A stretch of 64,000 nucleotides of DNA, from positions 372,001 to 436,000 of the forward strand of contig NC_043008.1 in NCBI RefSeq assembly GCF_006345805.1, given 5' to 3'. Positions 1 to 12,965 of the stretch are shown piece by piece. The stretch comes from Octopus sinensis. Its lineage: Eukaryota. The notes under the pieces were generated by a model, which was given only the letters and a program-made list of their open reading frames with translations, ran no database searches and had not been told where the DNA came from. The position numbers and the translations under genes were made by a program. Within the stretch, counting starts at the first letter, position 1; every line of letters begins with the position of its first letter.

Positions 1-498
1 ATATATACATATACGTATGTGTATGATGGAATATCAGTCTCCGTATCTACGTTGAGTGTCTTTCTTGTACATCAGAACTAACAACAGAGCGGCCAGTCAT
101 ACAGAACCATTTCCAGAGATATTCTTTACTATAAATATAGCCAGCTATTCTCGGCCACGCTACACTCTACAACGCTACCATATATAAACTCGCAATGATT
201 GCATCATTCAAACTCCTTCTCCTTCCCTCTCTTACTCTCTTTCTTTCTTAGACAACTCACTTTGCTTCCCCTTCTCTCTCTCTCTCTCTCAGACTTCATC
301 TTTATTAGACTCTCTCTCTTAGTCTATCACTCTTTCCCTCTCGCCTCTCTCTTTCTGTCAGCTCTTACTATCACTCTTACTAGCATTCGCAGCCTCTCTC
401 TTTCTGAGACCTTCTGTAGGTTTTTCTCTCAGCAAACACTCCGTTTCTCTCACTCTGTCTGTCTGTTTCTCTCTCTATTTCACTCACTCTCTCACTCA

Positions 499-501
<3 letters not shown>

Positions 502-595
<94 letters not shown>
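502..595. repeat. (CT)n microsatellite
   Basis: Uninterrupted CT run; explains ORFs 199..636 and 380..607. Confidence 0.98.
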
Positions 596-597
<2 letters not shown>

Positions 598-669
598 GCA
601 CATTCATTTACCATCTGTCTTAGTTCTTACATCTGAGACTTATCTAACCCGCCCAAACGACTATGTTGT

Positions 670-754
670 CTGTGTATATATATATATACACATACATATA
701 TATATATATATATATGAATGTGTGTGAGCGTTTATGTATGTATTTTCCATATGC

Positions 755-816
<62 letters not shown>

Positions 817-1515
817 TGTGTGTGTAGACATACACATATACACATACGAATGCATACATACGTACATAAATGCATATCTATGTATATACATAGGATATAT
901 AGACGTATCGATATATAGACATTTCTCTGTGTCATGATATTGAGAATCCATTTGTGATCCACATGCACACACATACACACACAACAAATATATACGTATA
1001 TATGTAATATATATATATGCATATATCTGAGTGTAAGAATACACATACACACAACACACACACATATAATATATATAATATATATATATAATATATATAT
1101 ATATACTATATATATATATATATATATATATACATTATAAATGCCAACATACAAAGATGCAAATATGTATGCATATATATATATATGCATACGTTGTGTG
1201 TGTTTGTGTGTGTTTGTGTGTGTGTGGGGGGAAGTAATAGTGATAGCGTGAATGTTGTGAAAGGAGAGATGTGTTCCTATTAATATATGTATGCATGTAT
1301 ATATGTGTATGTATACGTATGCAGGTATGTATGTATATGTATGTGTAAGTATGTTGGTATGTATGTGTGGATATGTGTGTGTCTGCGGCTACATCTATCG
1401 TTTGTACTCACCCAACTGCATCACCTCTTTCACCCACTTAAACATTCCTTCTCTTATTTCACTATCTTTATATAGCATGGATGAATATGCACACACAGTT
1501 GCGTGAACACACACT

Positions 1516-1557
<42 letters not shown>

Positions 1558-1848
1558 CACACGTACATGCATGTACACGTACATATGCGTATGCGTCTAT
1601 GTGTGTACGTACAAATGCAAACCTTTGAACGTATATGTATAAATATATATGTAAATATACTTCGTATATGTGTGTCTGCGTGTGTGTGTGTGTGTGTGCA
1701 TTGTCTTTGCTATGTGTTCCTTTTTCAAATTAGTTCTTTTCGTTTCAAAATGAGCAAAGAAGACCATCATTATACATACACACGCACATACCTACATGCA
1801 TACATAGAGACATATATACAAGTATATATATACACAAATATATATTCA

Positions 1849-1905
<57 letters not shown>

Positions 1906-3011
1906 GAAGAAGCTGAAGACCAACTCAAAAGCCCTTGAGAAGTGATAACGCACGAAACTCTCGGCAACTGAGTCACATCTCTGTTGCTTCTACTGAATAT
2001 CAATAGAAATATATACGTATACATACATATATAAATATGTATATATATGTATGTACATATAAAGATATATACATATATATATCTATATCTATCTATCTAT
2101 ATACATATATATATATATATTCTTTTTCTTGTTTCAGTCGTTTGACTGCGGCCATGCTGGAGCACCAATATAATATTGCAGAAAAGTATGCGTGTACGTT
2201 AGTATTTCCTTGTATATAAATGTATACAAAAGAATTTATTCATGTATGTATGAGCACATGGATGATGGATGGATGCACCTAGGCATGTAAGAATGTATGT
2301 ATATAAGTATATAAACATACCAATATGTACGAATGTATGTATGCATGTATGTATTAATGCAGGTATGTAATCCTCTTCTTTCTCCCTCCCTTTTTTTTCT
2401 CTATTGCACCTTCGTTATTCTCTTTTACGTTTGAACCTCCTCCTCCTCTTCATTTTCTCCTTATCCATTCACTCACCGAGCTACAAGCGCAGACTAACAC
2501 AGCTGCAAACGTATACACACACACACACCACACACACACACTTATACACATGCATACGAACATTTACATTATACACAACACTCACACACGCACGCCCATG
2601 CGCACACAAATCTACTCCTAGCCTGGATGTGGTGCTCTTTACTATAATTATCTGCCCTACAAGCGATATGTCTATATGTCTATATATAATATATATATAT
2701 ATAAACAAATACATGTATATGCTGACATATATACATAAGTAAATACATGTGTAAGCATATATATATATATATATATATATATCTAATATATATATACGCA
2801 TGTGTATATATATACATGCATGTATATATGTATATGTTGAGATATATACATACGTAAAATACATTGTATATATATTATATTATATATACTTATATATACG
2901 CATATGTGTGTGTTGTACATATATCTGCAGAAACGTATGTGTTCTGTACATATATAATATATATATATGTGTGGTGTGTGCGTGTGGTGTGTGTGCATGG
3001 TTGTGTGTGTG
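670..3011. repeat. Field of compound (TA)n/(CA)n/(TACA)n microsatellites with short unique spacers
   Basis: Direct inspection; ORFs here are YI/TH/CV dipeptide repeats. Confidence 0.9.
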
Positions 3012-3111
3012 NNNNNNNNNNNNNNNNNNNNNNNNNNNNNNNNNNNNNNNNNNNNNNNNNNNNNNNNNNNNNNNNNNNNNNNNNNNNNNNNNNNNNNNNN
3101 NNNNNNNNNNN
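3012..3111. other. Assembly gap (100 N)
   Basis: Exactly 100 N; true size unknown. Confidence 0.99.
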
Positions 3112-3479
3112 TCATAGCATTCCTCCCGCTAAATTGCGCAAAGATACTTCCTCTATAATCTGTCTGTATTACCCACTTAATTAATACCTGTCTGATCACT
3201 TATTGTGTCGTTCGACTGAATGTATGTGACGTCCATCCCAAACAATAAGGAAATACATCAGCAACAGCTTGCTGTAATCATAACTCTGTCCTCACCACTG
3301 CCCCCTATCGCCTTTCCGTCGCCTAGCCCTGCATTTCAGTTCACTACCGTAACCAGTGCAGATCGTGAACGTTCTACACGTTTTCCTGTGAAGCTGAAGA
3401 CGACAAAGGGAAATTACTCAGGTGTATTCCTTCTCTATTCATTTCGTCGTCCGCACACACATATGAGTGTATAGATTGT

Positions 3480-3635
3480 TTTCAAATTTAGGCACAAGGC
3501 CAGAAATTTTAGAAGAGGGAGCGCAAGTCGATGTAACTGGTACTTATTTTATCGACATCGAGAGGACGTAAAGACGAACAAAATGCTGCTCAGCACTTCG
3601 TCCGGCGTGCTAACGATTTAGCCAGCTCGTCACCT
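3480..3635 (-). mobile_element. SINE family A, internally deleted copy
   Basis: Reverse complement matches the family A head (GAGCTGGC..CGTTAGCACGCCGG) and the CCTTGTGCC tail, with the middle missing. Confidence 0.7.
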
Positions 3636-3654
3636 TCCCAGATTCCATAATGAA

Positions 3655-3738
<84 letters not shown>

Positions 3739-3751
3739 AATAATAATATTT

Positions 3752-3966
3752 TGGCAGAAACGTTAGCACGCCGGGCGAAATGCTTAGCAGTATTTCGACT
3801 GCTGCTACGTTCTGAGTTCAAATTCCGCCGAGGTCGACTTTGCCTTTCATCCTTTCGGGGTCGATAAATTAAGTACCAGTTATGCTGGGGTCGATGTAAC
3901 CGACTTAATCCGTTTGTCTGTCCTTGTTTGTCCCCTCTGTGTGTAGCCCCTTGTGGGCAGTAAAGA

Positions 3967-3970
<4 letters not shown>
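3752..3970 (+). mobile_element. SINE family A monomer with tail A1, inserted in (AAT)n
   Basis: TGGCAGAAACGTTAG A-box-like and GAGTTCAAATTCC B-box-like motifs, body GTCGACTTTGCCTTTCATCC, tail CCCCTTGTGGGCAGTAAAGAAATA, then (ATA)n. Confidence 0.9.
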
Positions 3971-4017
<47 letters not shown>

Positions 4018-4021
4018 CTCA

Positions 4022-4228
4022 AACTTTGCCACAAGGCTAGCAATTTGGTGGGAGCTGGTAAGTCGACTAGATCAACCCCCAGTGCTCAACCAGTACTTAT
4101 TTTATCGACACCGAGATGACGAGAGGCAAAGTCGACCTCGACGGGATTTGGGCTCAGAACGTAAAGACGGTCGAAATGTTGCCGAGCATTTTTCCCGACC
4201 TGTTAACGATTCTGTCAGTTCAGCGTCT
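4022..4228 (-). mobile_element. SINE family A diverged monomer (tail A2)
   Basis: Reverse-complement similarity to the family A head, body and CCTTGTGGC tail. Confidence 0.8.
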
Positions 4229-4334
4229 CCTTATGTGCGTATATGTTAACGGAAGTGTATAGAGTCGTCTCTGCAGTATTGCAACCCCCACACCGGAATG
4301 GTGGGGAGCAAATTGATACACTGGGCCCTATACT

Positions 4335-4724
4335 GGATGGATGGAAGCACTCCGTCGGTTACGACGACGAGGGTTCCGGTTGATCCGAATCAACGGAACA
4401 GCCTGCTCGTGAAATTAACGTGCAAGTGGCTGAGCACTCCACAGACACGTGTACCCTTAACGTAGTTCTCGGGGATATTCAGCGTGACACAGAGAGTGAC
4501 AAGGCCGGCCCTTTGAAATAAGGTACAACAGAACAGGAAGTAAGAGTGAGAGAAAGTGGTGGTGAAAGAGTACAGCAGGGATCACCACCATCCCCTGCCG
4601 GAGCGTCGTGGAGCTTTAGGTGTTTTCGCTCAATAAACACTCACAACGCCCGGTCTGGGAATCGAAACCGCGATCCTACGACCGCGAGTCCGCTGCCCTA
4701 ACCACTGGGCCATTGCGCCTCCAC
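4335..4724 (-). mobile_element. Full-length tRNA-derived SINE, head D + tail 1, with 12-bp TSD
   Basis: Minus strand starts GTGGAGGCGCAATGGCCCAGTGGTTAGG with B-box GGTTTCGATTCC; perfect direct repeat GGGCCCTATACT at 4323-4334 and 4725-4736. Confidence 0.92.
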
Positions 4725-4844
4725 GGGCCCTATACTATTTATTTAATGACAGCAAACCACACACATATAGATCATAACTGGACCCCTAGACCCGTGAGGC
4801 TCCAAGCGAATCATCGCAGTGGGTTACATAGGATTTCTTTATAC

Positions 4845-5419
4845 TTTTCTACTCTAGGCACAAGGCCCGAAATTTGGGGGGAGAGGCCCAATTGATTAGA
4901 TCGACCCTAGTACGCAACTGGTACGTAATTTATCGACCCCGAAAGGATGAAAGGCAAAGTCGACTTCGGCGGAATTTGGACTCGGAACGTAGACAGACGA
5001 AATACCTATTACTTTACTACCCACAAGGGGCTACACACAGAGAGGACAAACAAGGACAGACAAACGGATTAAGTCGATTATATCGACCCCAGTGCGTAAC
5101 TGGTCCTTAATTTATCGACCCCGAAAGGATGAAAGGCAAAGTCGACCTCGGCGGAATTTGAACTCAGAACGTAAAACCAGAGGAAATACCTATTTCTTTA
5201 CTACCCACAAGGGGCTAAACACAGAGAGACAAACAAGGACACAGACAAACGGATAAGTCGATTATATCGACCCCAGTGCGTAACTGGTCCTTAATTTATC
5301 GACCCCGAAAGGATGAAAGGCAAAGTCGACCTCAGCGGAATTTGAACTCAGAACGTAGTGGCAGACGAAATACCGCTAAGCGTTTCGCCTGGCGTGCTAA
5401 CGTTTCTGTCAGCTCGCCT
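4845..5419 (-). mobile_element. SINE family A head-to-tail trimer
   Basis: One full head plus two head-truncated units, joined at AAAG(A/T)AATAG|GTATTTC. Confidence 0.9.
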
Positions 5420-5630
5420 CAGCTCGGACCGATCAAATTCTTGTGAATGGATTAAGCTAACGGAACCCGAGAGTCTCTTCAATGACAACTAACTGACAGG
5501 GTTAGTCTACAACTTGTGATATTGTTTTTCTTCCATCGAACCGAATTTTTAATCGCCTGAAGAAAACGGTTTTGTAAAGCAGTGTCAATTGTTTCAATTC
5601 TGTAAATAATAGCGATAGTATTTCATAAGC

Positions 5631-5857
5631 TTAAAGCTTATAAGCAATCACCGTGCAATGACTAAAGAAAATAGTCTAATAATGGGGCATAGAAGCCCTC
5701 GACGAGTAAAATTAGGTTTTCCCGTACGCATGGGACTAGAACCCCACGTGAGCCCCGCACGTTCAGGAAAACCTACATTTTTTCTGTCGAGGGCTTATAT
5801 GCCCCATTATTAGACTATTTTCTTTAGTCATTGCGCGGTGATCGCTATGAGCTTTAA
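5631..5857. mobile_element. MITE-like inverted-repeat element flanked by TTAA (Kolobok-like)
   Basis: About 90-bp imperfect inverted arms (5631-5722 and 5766-5857); ends TTAA|AGCT...AGCT|TTAA. Confidence 0.7.
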
Positions 5858-6025
5858 CCTGTATTTCAATTGGGCCAGCCTTGTCACACTCTGTGCCACG
5901 CTGAACCACCCTGAGAACTACGTTAAGGGTACATGTGTCAGTGGAGTGCTCGGCCATTTGCACGTTAATTTCACGAGTAAGCTGTTCCGTTGATCGTATC
6001 AGCTGGTACCCGCCTCATCGTAACC
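5858..6025 (+). mobile_element. Solo SINE tail 1 fragment
   Basis: CCTGTATTTCAA..CCTTGTCACACTCTGT..GAGAACTACGTTAAGGGTACA matches the tails at 4335-4526 and 14312-14494. Confidence 0.85.
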
Positions 6026-6354
6026 TCGTATATATATGGATGTATATATGAATGTATAGTTACATTGTTCGTTCATGGTGGAACACATAACCTTGGTGAG
6101 TAAATTGATGTGGGCGTCGCACAAAACAAATCAAGAAACTTTACAATAAATTAACGTATATTCCATGCTTTATGATACATAAAAAGATGTATGTGGAACA
6201 ATCAAATAGAAATATATTTTTAATTGGCTTGTGCAACAACACGACTGTGACATAAGTATTTTGAATTAAAACATTAATCATGCTCAGTTTAATAAGAACC
6301 ATGTAAATATGATTTTAATTGGATTATACTTTGAATTGCCGTTTTGTATAAGCA

Positions 6355-6968
6355 TCGCTGTGTGGTAAGAGGTTTGCTTCTAAACCACAAGGTTCCGAGT
6401 TCATCCCTACTGATCGGCACCTTGAGTAAGTGTTTTTGACTGTCGCCTTGGGTCGACCCAAAGCCTTGTGAGTGGACTTGGCACACTGAAATTGAAAGAA
6501 GTTCGTTGTATATATGTGTATATATCAATGTTTGTTTGTCTTTGTTTTGGGGTTTGTTCCCACCACCTCTTGACGATCGGTGTTGTTGTTGTTAAGCAAC
6601 AAAGACGGTGGGTAAGGGTGATTAGGTGATGGTCTAGGGCTTAGGGGCGGGAGACCCCAGACTTTGGAAAAAAAAACTTTAGTCGTCTTGTTGTAGTCGA
6701 GGGCTCTTCGTTGACGCCCGACACCACTGGGGGGGGGCCCTCGAAGTCTTGGAAATGGAAATTTCCAGGTCCAAATTCTCAAACGGCACAATCGATGTTG
6801 GGTCGTTTACGTTCCCGTAACTTAGCAGCCCACCTACAGACTCTGATAGAATAATTACAAAACTTAAAAAAGCATAATTACAGGGGCTCGGTTTCTTTGA
6901 TTAAACCCTTTAAATTGATGCCCCTGTGTGGCCGCAATCCAATGACTGAAAGAAGTAGATGATAAAAA
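6355..6968 (+). mobile_element. SINE family C (CORE-like, central microsatellite) interrupted by a ~195-bp insertion
   Basis: Head GCTGTGTGGTAAGAGG..GAGTTCATCCC, CORE-like GCACCTTGAGTAAGTGT, 3' end GGCCGCAATCCAATGACTGAAA. Confidence 0.8.
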
Positions 6969-7341
6969 GTAACAGATAAAGATTGGTCAAATAAAACTTG
7001 AAGTGGATTACCAAAACTTTGTTACGGGTCACGTGGTGCGTCACTGCCATATGCAGATGCACATATCGTCAGCCACTAAGAGACATGCGCAACAGGTTAA
7101 GGTTAAACAACTGACAAGCAAACCTGTGGTATGGAGCAGAATATTTTCTGTAGCCCAACTTATACAAAACATGTACATGATAACACTTCGAATCAGTTCA
7201 GATCAGAAGCCATGAGGGCCAGTACCTGGAATTGCCTCAGGGCAATTATTATCATTATTAAGTACCAGTTGTGTACTGGGGTCGATGTAATCGATTCATC
7301 CCCTCCTCCAAAATGGCTGCCCTTGTGGCAAAATTTGAAAC

Positions 7342-7583
7342 TATTATTATTCTTTCGTAACAAAATGTAGGTAAAAATGCACCGGAGTCTTTAGTCATCT
7401 GGTTAAGTCACAACAAGGACCTCAGACAGGTGACCCTTTCCTTAAGATGTGCGCTGTACTCAATAAGGCAGATTTTTGCAAGACATCAATTTTGCATGGG
7501 ATTTCCATTTGTCTTTAGAAGTCTTGAAGTTTCAATGGGATTGAACCCAGCGCACCGATCACCACTGGTATCACTTTTACATT
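7342..7583 (-). mobile_element. R4/Dong-type (RLE) LINE 3' end, family 3
   Basis: Minus strand translates NVKVIPVVIGALGSIP...LQKSALLSTAHILRK, then a short UTR and AATAATAAT tail. Confidence 0.8.
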
Positions 7584-7787
7584 ACTCTTTCACATTCACG
7601 TATTTATGCCTGCGTGCTTTGCTACGTATGTATGCACGCACATGCGCGCCCGTGGTGGTGGTGGTGGTGGTGGTGGTGGAAGGGAGCGGGGACACGCAAG
7701 CATTAAACTTTTACAATCTACAGTTACAACACAAGAAAATGTAAACAAACAGTTATAAGAAATATCCACACCTTGCGTATAGGAAGG

Positions 7788-7937
7788 AGAAGAAGAAGAA
7801 GAAGAAGAAGAAGAAGAAGAAGAAGAAGAAGAAGAAGAATAGAAGAAGAAGAAGAAGAAGAAGAAGAAGAAGAAGAAGAAGAAGAAGAAGAAGAAGAAGA
7901 AGAAGAAGAAGAGAAGAAGAAGAAGAAGAAGAAGAAG
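7788..7937. repeat. (GAA)n trinucleotide tract of about 50 units
   Basis: Direct inspection. Confidence 0.98.
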
Positions 7938-8131
7938 AGGGAGGATGTGAAGATTAGGTTCGGCGGAGTGGGGAGCGGAGAGAGTCTGGCAACGTCTTAC
8001 GTCAGTCTGCTTCCAGTTCAACTTGAACTCAGGAAATCTCGACCAGACTCATTACACACGTCGTATATACACTCACCAAATACATACAAACACGCACAGA
8101 AACAGAGAAAAATCAAGCAAATTTCTCTCTC

Positions 8132-8175
<44 letters not shown>

Positions 8176-9003
8176 TCACTCTCTCCCACTCGTTCTTTTC
8201 TTGTTTCTTTTCTTCCCACTCTATGCGTGTGTGTGTTCGCGTATGGGTGCGTTTGTATATGTACAATATTCGAATTCACATCAATCCAGATTTACACTGC
8301 ATCGTGTTGTGCATAAAACAGTTAAAGTAAGTCTGTATGGATTGATGCAGGCATGCATCTGCGCGTATGCATATTTCTATGCATGCATTTATAAATACAC
8401 ACACGCACACACACTCACACACACACACACACACACACACCACACACATATATATATATATATATATATACATTCATACATACATGCATATCTGTATCTT
8501 ATGCATGCATGTATATATACATATATATTATACGCACAAATATATATAATATATATATATATTAGATATACATATATATATATATACATTTATATATATA
8601 CATATATATAAATGTATATACATATATACATATATTTATCAATATTATATACATATATATATATATATACATATATATGCATATAAATATACATATATAT
8701 ATATACATATATATGTATATGTATATATATACATATATACATATATATGTATATGCATATATATATACATATATATATATGTATATACATATATAAATAT
8801 ATGCATATATATACATATAAGTATATACATATATATACATATATGTATATACACATATATATATATATATAAATATATATATATACATATATATATTTAT
8901 GTATGTATATAAAAATTCATAAGGATATTACAGATATTAATTTACAATAATATCAGTGGTTCGCATGCGTAAAACAACCATAAAGGCAAAACTATCATTT
9001 AAA

Positions 9004-9126
9004 AGTGAAGTGTAGTACAAGTAGCATCAGCAAGCTAAACATAGCAGTCAAAATAACTCAAAACCACAGTTTTCACTTTTGACTGCTATCTTTAGCATCC
9101 TAGTGCTACAAGTTGTACCCTTCACT
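9004..9126. mobile_element. Imperfect inverted repeat between (TA)n tracts, probable Penelope-like pLTR fragment
   Basis: Arms AGTGAAG..GCTAAACATAGCAGTCAAAA and TTTTGACTGCTATCTTTAGC..CTTCACT; the ATAGCAGTCAAAA motif recurs near 49281. Confidence 0.5.
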
Positions 9127-9277
9127 ATTAATATATATATGTGTGTGTATGTGTGTACGTACATATGTATGTATTTGTATGCTTGTATGTGTGCATGCAT
9201 GAATGTGTTTGTATGTGTGTGTGTATGTATGAATGTATGTTTGCGCGTATGTATGTTTGTATGTGTATATGTATATT

Positions 9278-9698
9278 TATTTCTTTATTGCCCACAGGGG
9301 CTAAACATAGAGAGAACAAAAAAAGGACAGTCAGAGTGATTAAGTCGATTAGATCGACCTCAGTACGTAACTGGTACTTATTTAATCGGCCTCGAAAAGA
9401 TGAAAGGTAAAGTCGACCTCGGCGGAATTTGAACTCAGGACGTAGCGGCAGACGAAATACCTATTTCTATTTCTTTACTCCCCACAAGGGGCTAAACACA
9501 GAGTGGACGAACAAGGACAGACAAAAGGATTAAATCGATTATATCGACCTCAGTGCGTAACTGGTATTTATATAATCGACCCTGAAAGGATGAAAGGCAA
9601 AGTCGACCTCGGCGGAATTTGAACTCAGAACGTAGCGGCATGCGAAATGCCGCTAAGCATTTCGCCCGGCGTGCTAACGCTTCTGCCAGCTCACCGCC
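9278..9698 (-). mobile_element. SINE family A dimer
   Basis: Full head ends at 9698; junction AAAGAAATAGAAATAG|GTATTTCG near 9455-9475. Confidence 0.9.
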
Positions 9699-10399
9699 CT
9701 AATTTATATATGTATATATTTGTGTGTGTGCATCTATGTATGGATGAATGTTTGGATGTTTGTGTATATGAATGTATCTTTGCGTGAGAGCATGTATATT
9801 CGTGTATGAATGTATGTGTGTGTGTATGGATATATGTTTAAGTATTTACGTATGCATACTTCAACTCATAAATATACATGTATGCATGTAGTTTGTTGAT
9901 TTGGCCATGGCCACTTATGTCATTTGACGGCAAACTAGGTGGGGGTCTGTGTGTGTGTGTGTGTATGATAAGAAAGTTTTGCGTAAGGGACAAGGTAGAC
10001 TCAAGGTCAGAAGAAAGGATGAGGCAGGCAGAGGAAGCATCTTGATGGCCTACTTTACACAACGGCCATACCTTTCTTTATTTTACATAATACGAAACTT
10101 TTGCACATGAGTAAGCGCCATTTTATACGATTAACGATCTGTTTTCCGGAATTTCAGGATTTATAACAAGAGTTATTTAACGATACTGTAAGGTTTTCTG
10201 GTTGGTTGTAAATCTATCGGTATGCTGGAGATCCTTGTTTTCAGCTGGTAACTCAGAGTTACAAGCGTTTCGCCCCTTTGTGTGTGTGTGTGTATAAATG
10301 TATGTAGATATATATACGTATATATGTATATTATCTATTTATCTATCTATGTATTATCTATCTATCTATGCAGCTATCTGTGTGTGGTGTGTGTGTGTA

Positions 10400-10431
<32 letters not shown>

Positions 10432-10639
10432 TGTGTGTGTGTTTCCTGAGAACAACGAAAAGTGAATGAGGTCCCTTGTTAATCACAATCACCTTCAACT
10501 AGTTTTCCGGCAAGTTTCAGCTGAATTCAACTAGTTTTTAGCTGGTTTTAGCTGCCACGGCTATCTCATTGCTGGCTTTTTAGGTTTTTTTAATTGCTAC
10601 GGTTCCAAACCAACCTTCTGCAGAAAATAACACACCGAT

Positions 10640-10660
10640 CAAGAAGAAGAAGAAGAAGAA

Positions 10661-10725
<65 letters not shown>

Positions 10726-10860
10726 CGATGATGATGATGATGGTGATGATGATGATGATGGTGATGATGAAGACGACGATGATGATGATGATGACGATAA
10801 CATCAACAGCAACATCAACAATACTATCAACAGCAACAACAACAGCAGCAACACCAGTAA
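10640..10860. repeat. (GAA)n-(GAT)n-(CAA)n compound repeat
   Basis: Direct inspection; explains the poly-M and poly-S ORFs. Confidence 0.95.
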
Positions 10861-11809
10861 AGAGCCTCTATACCAAACTTCCATTAACAATGAAATGTTC
10901 GGATAAATTAACGTCGTCGCAGCTCAATGTGAAATCATAATTCCCTTCAAGACATTTTACAACAACGGTCCTAACAGCAACAACAACAACAACAACAGCA
11001 ACAATAATAATAAAAACGCTAATAACAGATATTTAATCAGTGATAATGCTGGGATGGTTCAAACTCCGGAAACAAAATCACAAGACCCAGAAGATATAAT
11101 TCTCTCGTATCAGCTGGCTGTGAGACATCATCAAACGCTTAACTCGTCATGTTCGCCGTCCACCATCTTCGCTTAAAATCATTAAGTTTCATCAGAGCCG
11201 AAGGTGCAGTCATCTCGGAATCAGAATTGGTTGCTTCACATTAATTCTGGCGACCTTCTTCACATAATTTCTTGGATAAATCTCTTCTGCATAAGAGTAC
11301 TTTCGAACTTCTCTGTAAAACGCTAAAAGAATGTTAAAATAAAGAATATACTTTATTTCATAAAATTTGTCATATAGACAGTACAAAGATTGGGTAGCTT
11401 TGCGGGCTGGACAAACTCATTAAGGAATGAAAATGAAAAAGAAAATGAATAAATGAGAGACGAAACCCAACACCCGCCGATTGGATTTTTCTCGAAAACA
11501 TATTTTCTTTTTCTTAAAAAAACCAATATGAGGTTTCGAACCTCTTACAAGAAGGAGGCACTAAAACCTCTGACTTAACACTTTTTTTAACACAAAATTG
11601 AGGTTATAAACCACTACAAATAATACAATAAGATGAGGTTTCAAACCCTCTAACGAGGCTTTTTCACCTTCTACTCATCGATATATCCATCGATATATTC
11701 ATCATTAATAAAGAATATACTTAGACACATATACCACACGTGTGCGTTCGTGCGAGCATTCCCGCACACACACTCGCACACGCACACACACATACATACA
11801 CACTCATTC

Positions 11810-11998
11810 ATCTTATATTGTTTACTTACTTCAGTCGTTGGACTGCGGCCATGCCGGGGCAACGCCTTGAACGGTTGAGTCGAACAAATCAACCGTGGTA
11901 TTTTTTCAAGTCTTGTATTTATTCTATCGGTCTTTTTTACTGAACCACTAAGTTATGTGGTCATTAATAAACCAACACCAATAGGCAGGCGATGGTGT
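11810..11998 (-). mobile_element. SINE family C, 3' half
   Basis: TTCAGTCGTTGGACTGCGGCCATGC signature shared with 2135, 16770, 19975, 24808 and 32440. Confidence 0.8.
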
Positions 11999-12067
11999 AA
12001 TGAGTAGAAATATTCACATATGTGTGTGTGTGCGCGCGCGCGCGCGTGTGTGTGTGGGTGTGTGTGT

Positions 12068-12186
12068 GCCGAAATTGCGAGGATGATCCGGTTCTTGACT
12101 GAAGGTTAAAGGTATCGAATGACCCATCCGTGTTTTTGTATCGTCTATCTGGATGTTTTGCGTTCTTGTCCCATTTTGTATTTTAT
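12068..12186 (+). mobile_element. Interspersed repeat, probable Penelope-like pLTR (homologous to 48478-48690 on minus)
   Basis: GCCGAAATTGC..GATGATCCGGTT..GACTGAAG..TTTTGCGTTCTTGT shared by both loci; both abut TA/TG microsatellites. Confidence 0.55.
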
Positions 12187-12206
12187 ATATATGTATATAT
12201 ATATAT

Positions 12207-12253
<47 letters not shown>

Positions 12254-12965
12254 CAAATATCGAGCAGTGACAATAAGTGCTAAATACCGCATTAGTGGAT
12301 AAATATGCTTCAAGGTAACCAATGTTTTCGTGTAGTACACATCTCTACAATTATTCAAGCAATGTGCATGTGTGTGTGTGTGTGTGTGTGTGTGTGGTGT
12401 GTATTTATATGTAAATTAAAGATTATTAATCGTTCTCAAAAAGATATCTTTAAGGAATGTAAATTCACATTGTGGTATGTTAATCTGTTTACTTTAAAGA
12501 TTTTTAATATAATTGTCTAATTAAAGAAAATATTCGTTCAAATATAGTGATTCTATCCAGAAATTTTTCAAAAATGTATAAATGTATGTATGCATGCATG
12601 TATGCATATATGTATGTATGTATGTATGTTTGTATGTATGTATGTATGTATGTATGTATGTATGTATGTATGTATGTATGTATGTATGTATGTATGTATC
12701 TATGTATGTACGCATGTTTTCTTTCTCTTTTTAATTTAGGATAGATTCTGACCGTCCACCTGCTTTGTAACAAAGTTATGAAGAAAAGCAGCTTTGTTTT
12801 GTTCATCATTCGTTAAATCTTAAGAAAAGTGTTGCAGATTTTTATAGTCCCAGATATCAGGACCATTTGTAGTGTAAGAATTAAGGAGCTGTGTACTCTC
12901 TCCAAGAACCCAATGAGAACAACTCGATTAATCGCAATGTCGTTGGGTGATTGTTCTCTTAAAAA

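Noticed and set aside
175-215. TATATAAA plus TCATTC as a core promoter
   Set aside because: TATA-like strings are ubiquitous in this TA-rich sequence, and no downstream gene is identifiable.
1930-1980. GTG/CAC stem, GAAAC and GUC site in (TA)n context
   Set aside because: The core reads CUUGAGA and helix I is absent; at most a heavily decayed pLTR.
199-3011. Numerous long ORFs (YI, TH, CV, SL repeats), here and throughout the window
   Set aside because: They are translations of stop-free microsatellites with no domain content.
3752-3830. tRNA genes suggested by A/B boxes in SINE heads
   Set aside because: No complete cloverleaf; each continues into SINE body and tail sequence.
7052-7245. 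Block possibly belonging to the same repeat as 56405-56765
   Set aside because: The link rests on memory only; the two blocks do not overlap in this window.
11165-11200. Minus-strand CTGATGA followed by a hairpin and GAAG
   Set aside because: GAAG instead of GAAA, with no helix I or III.
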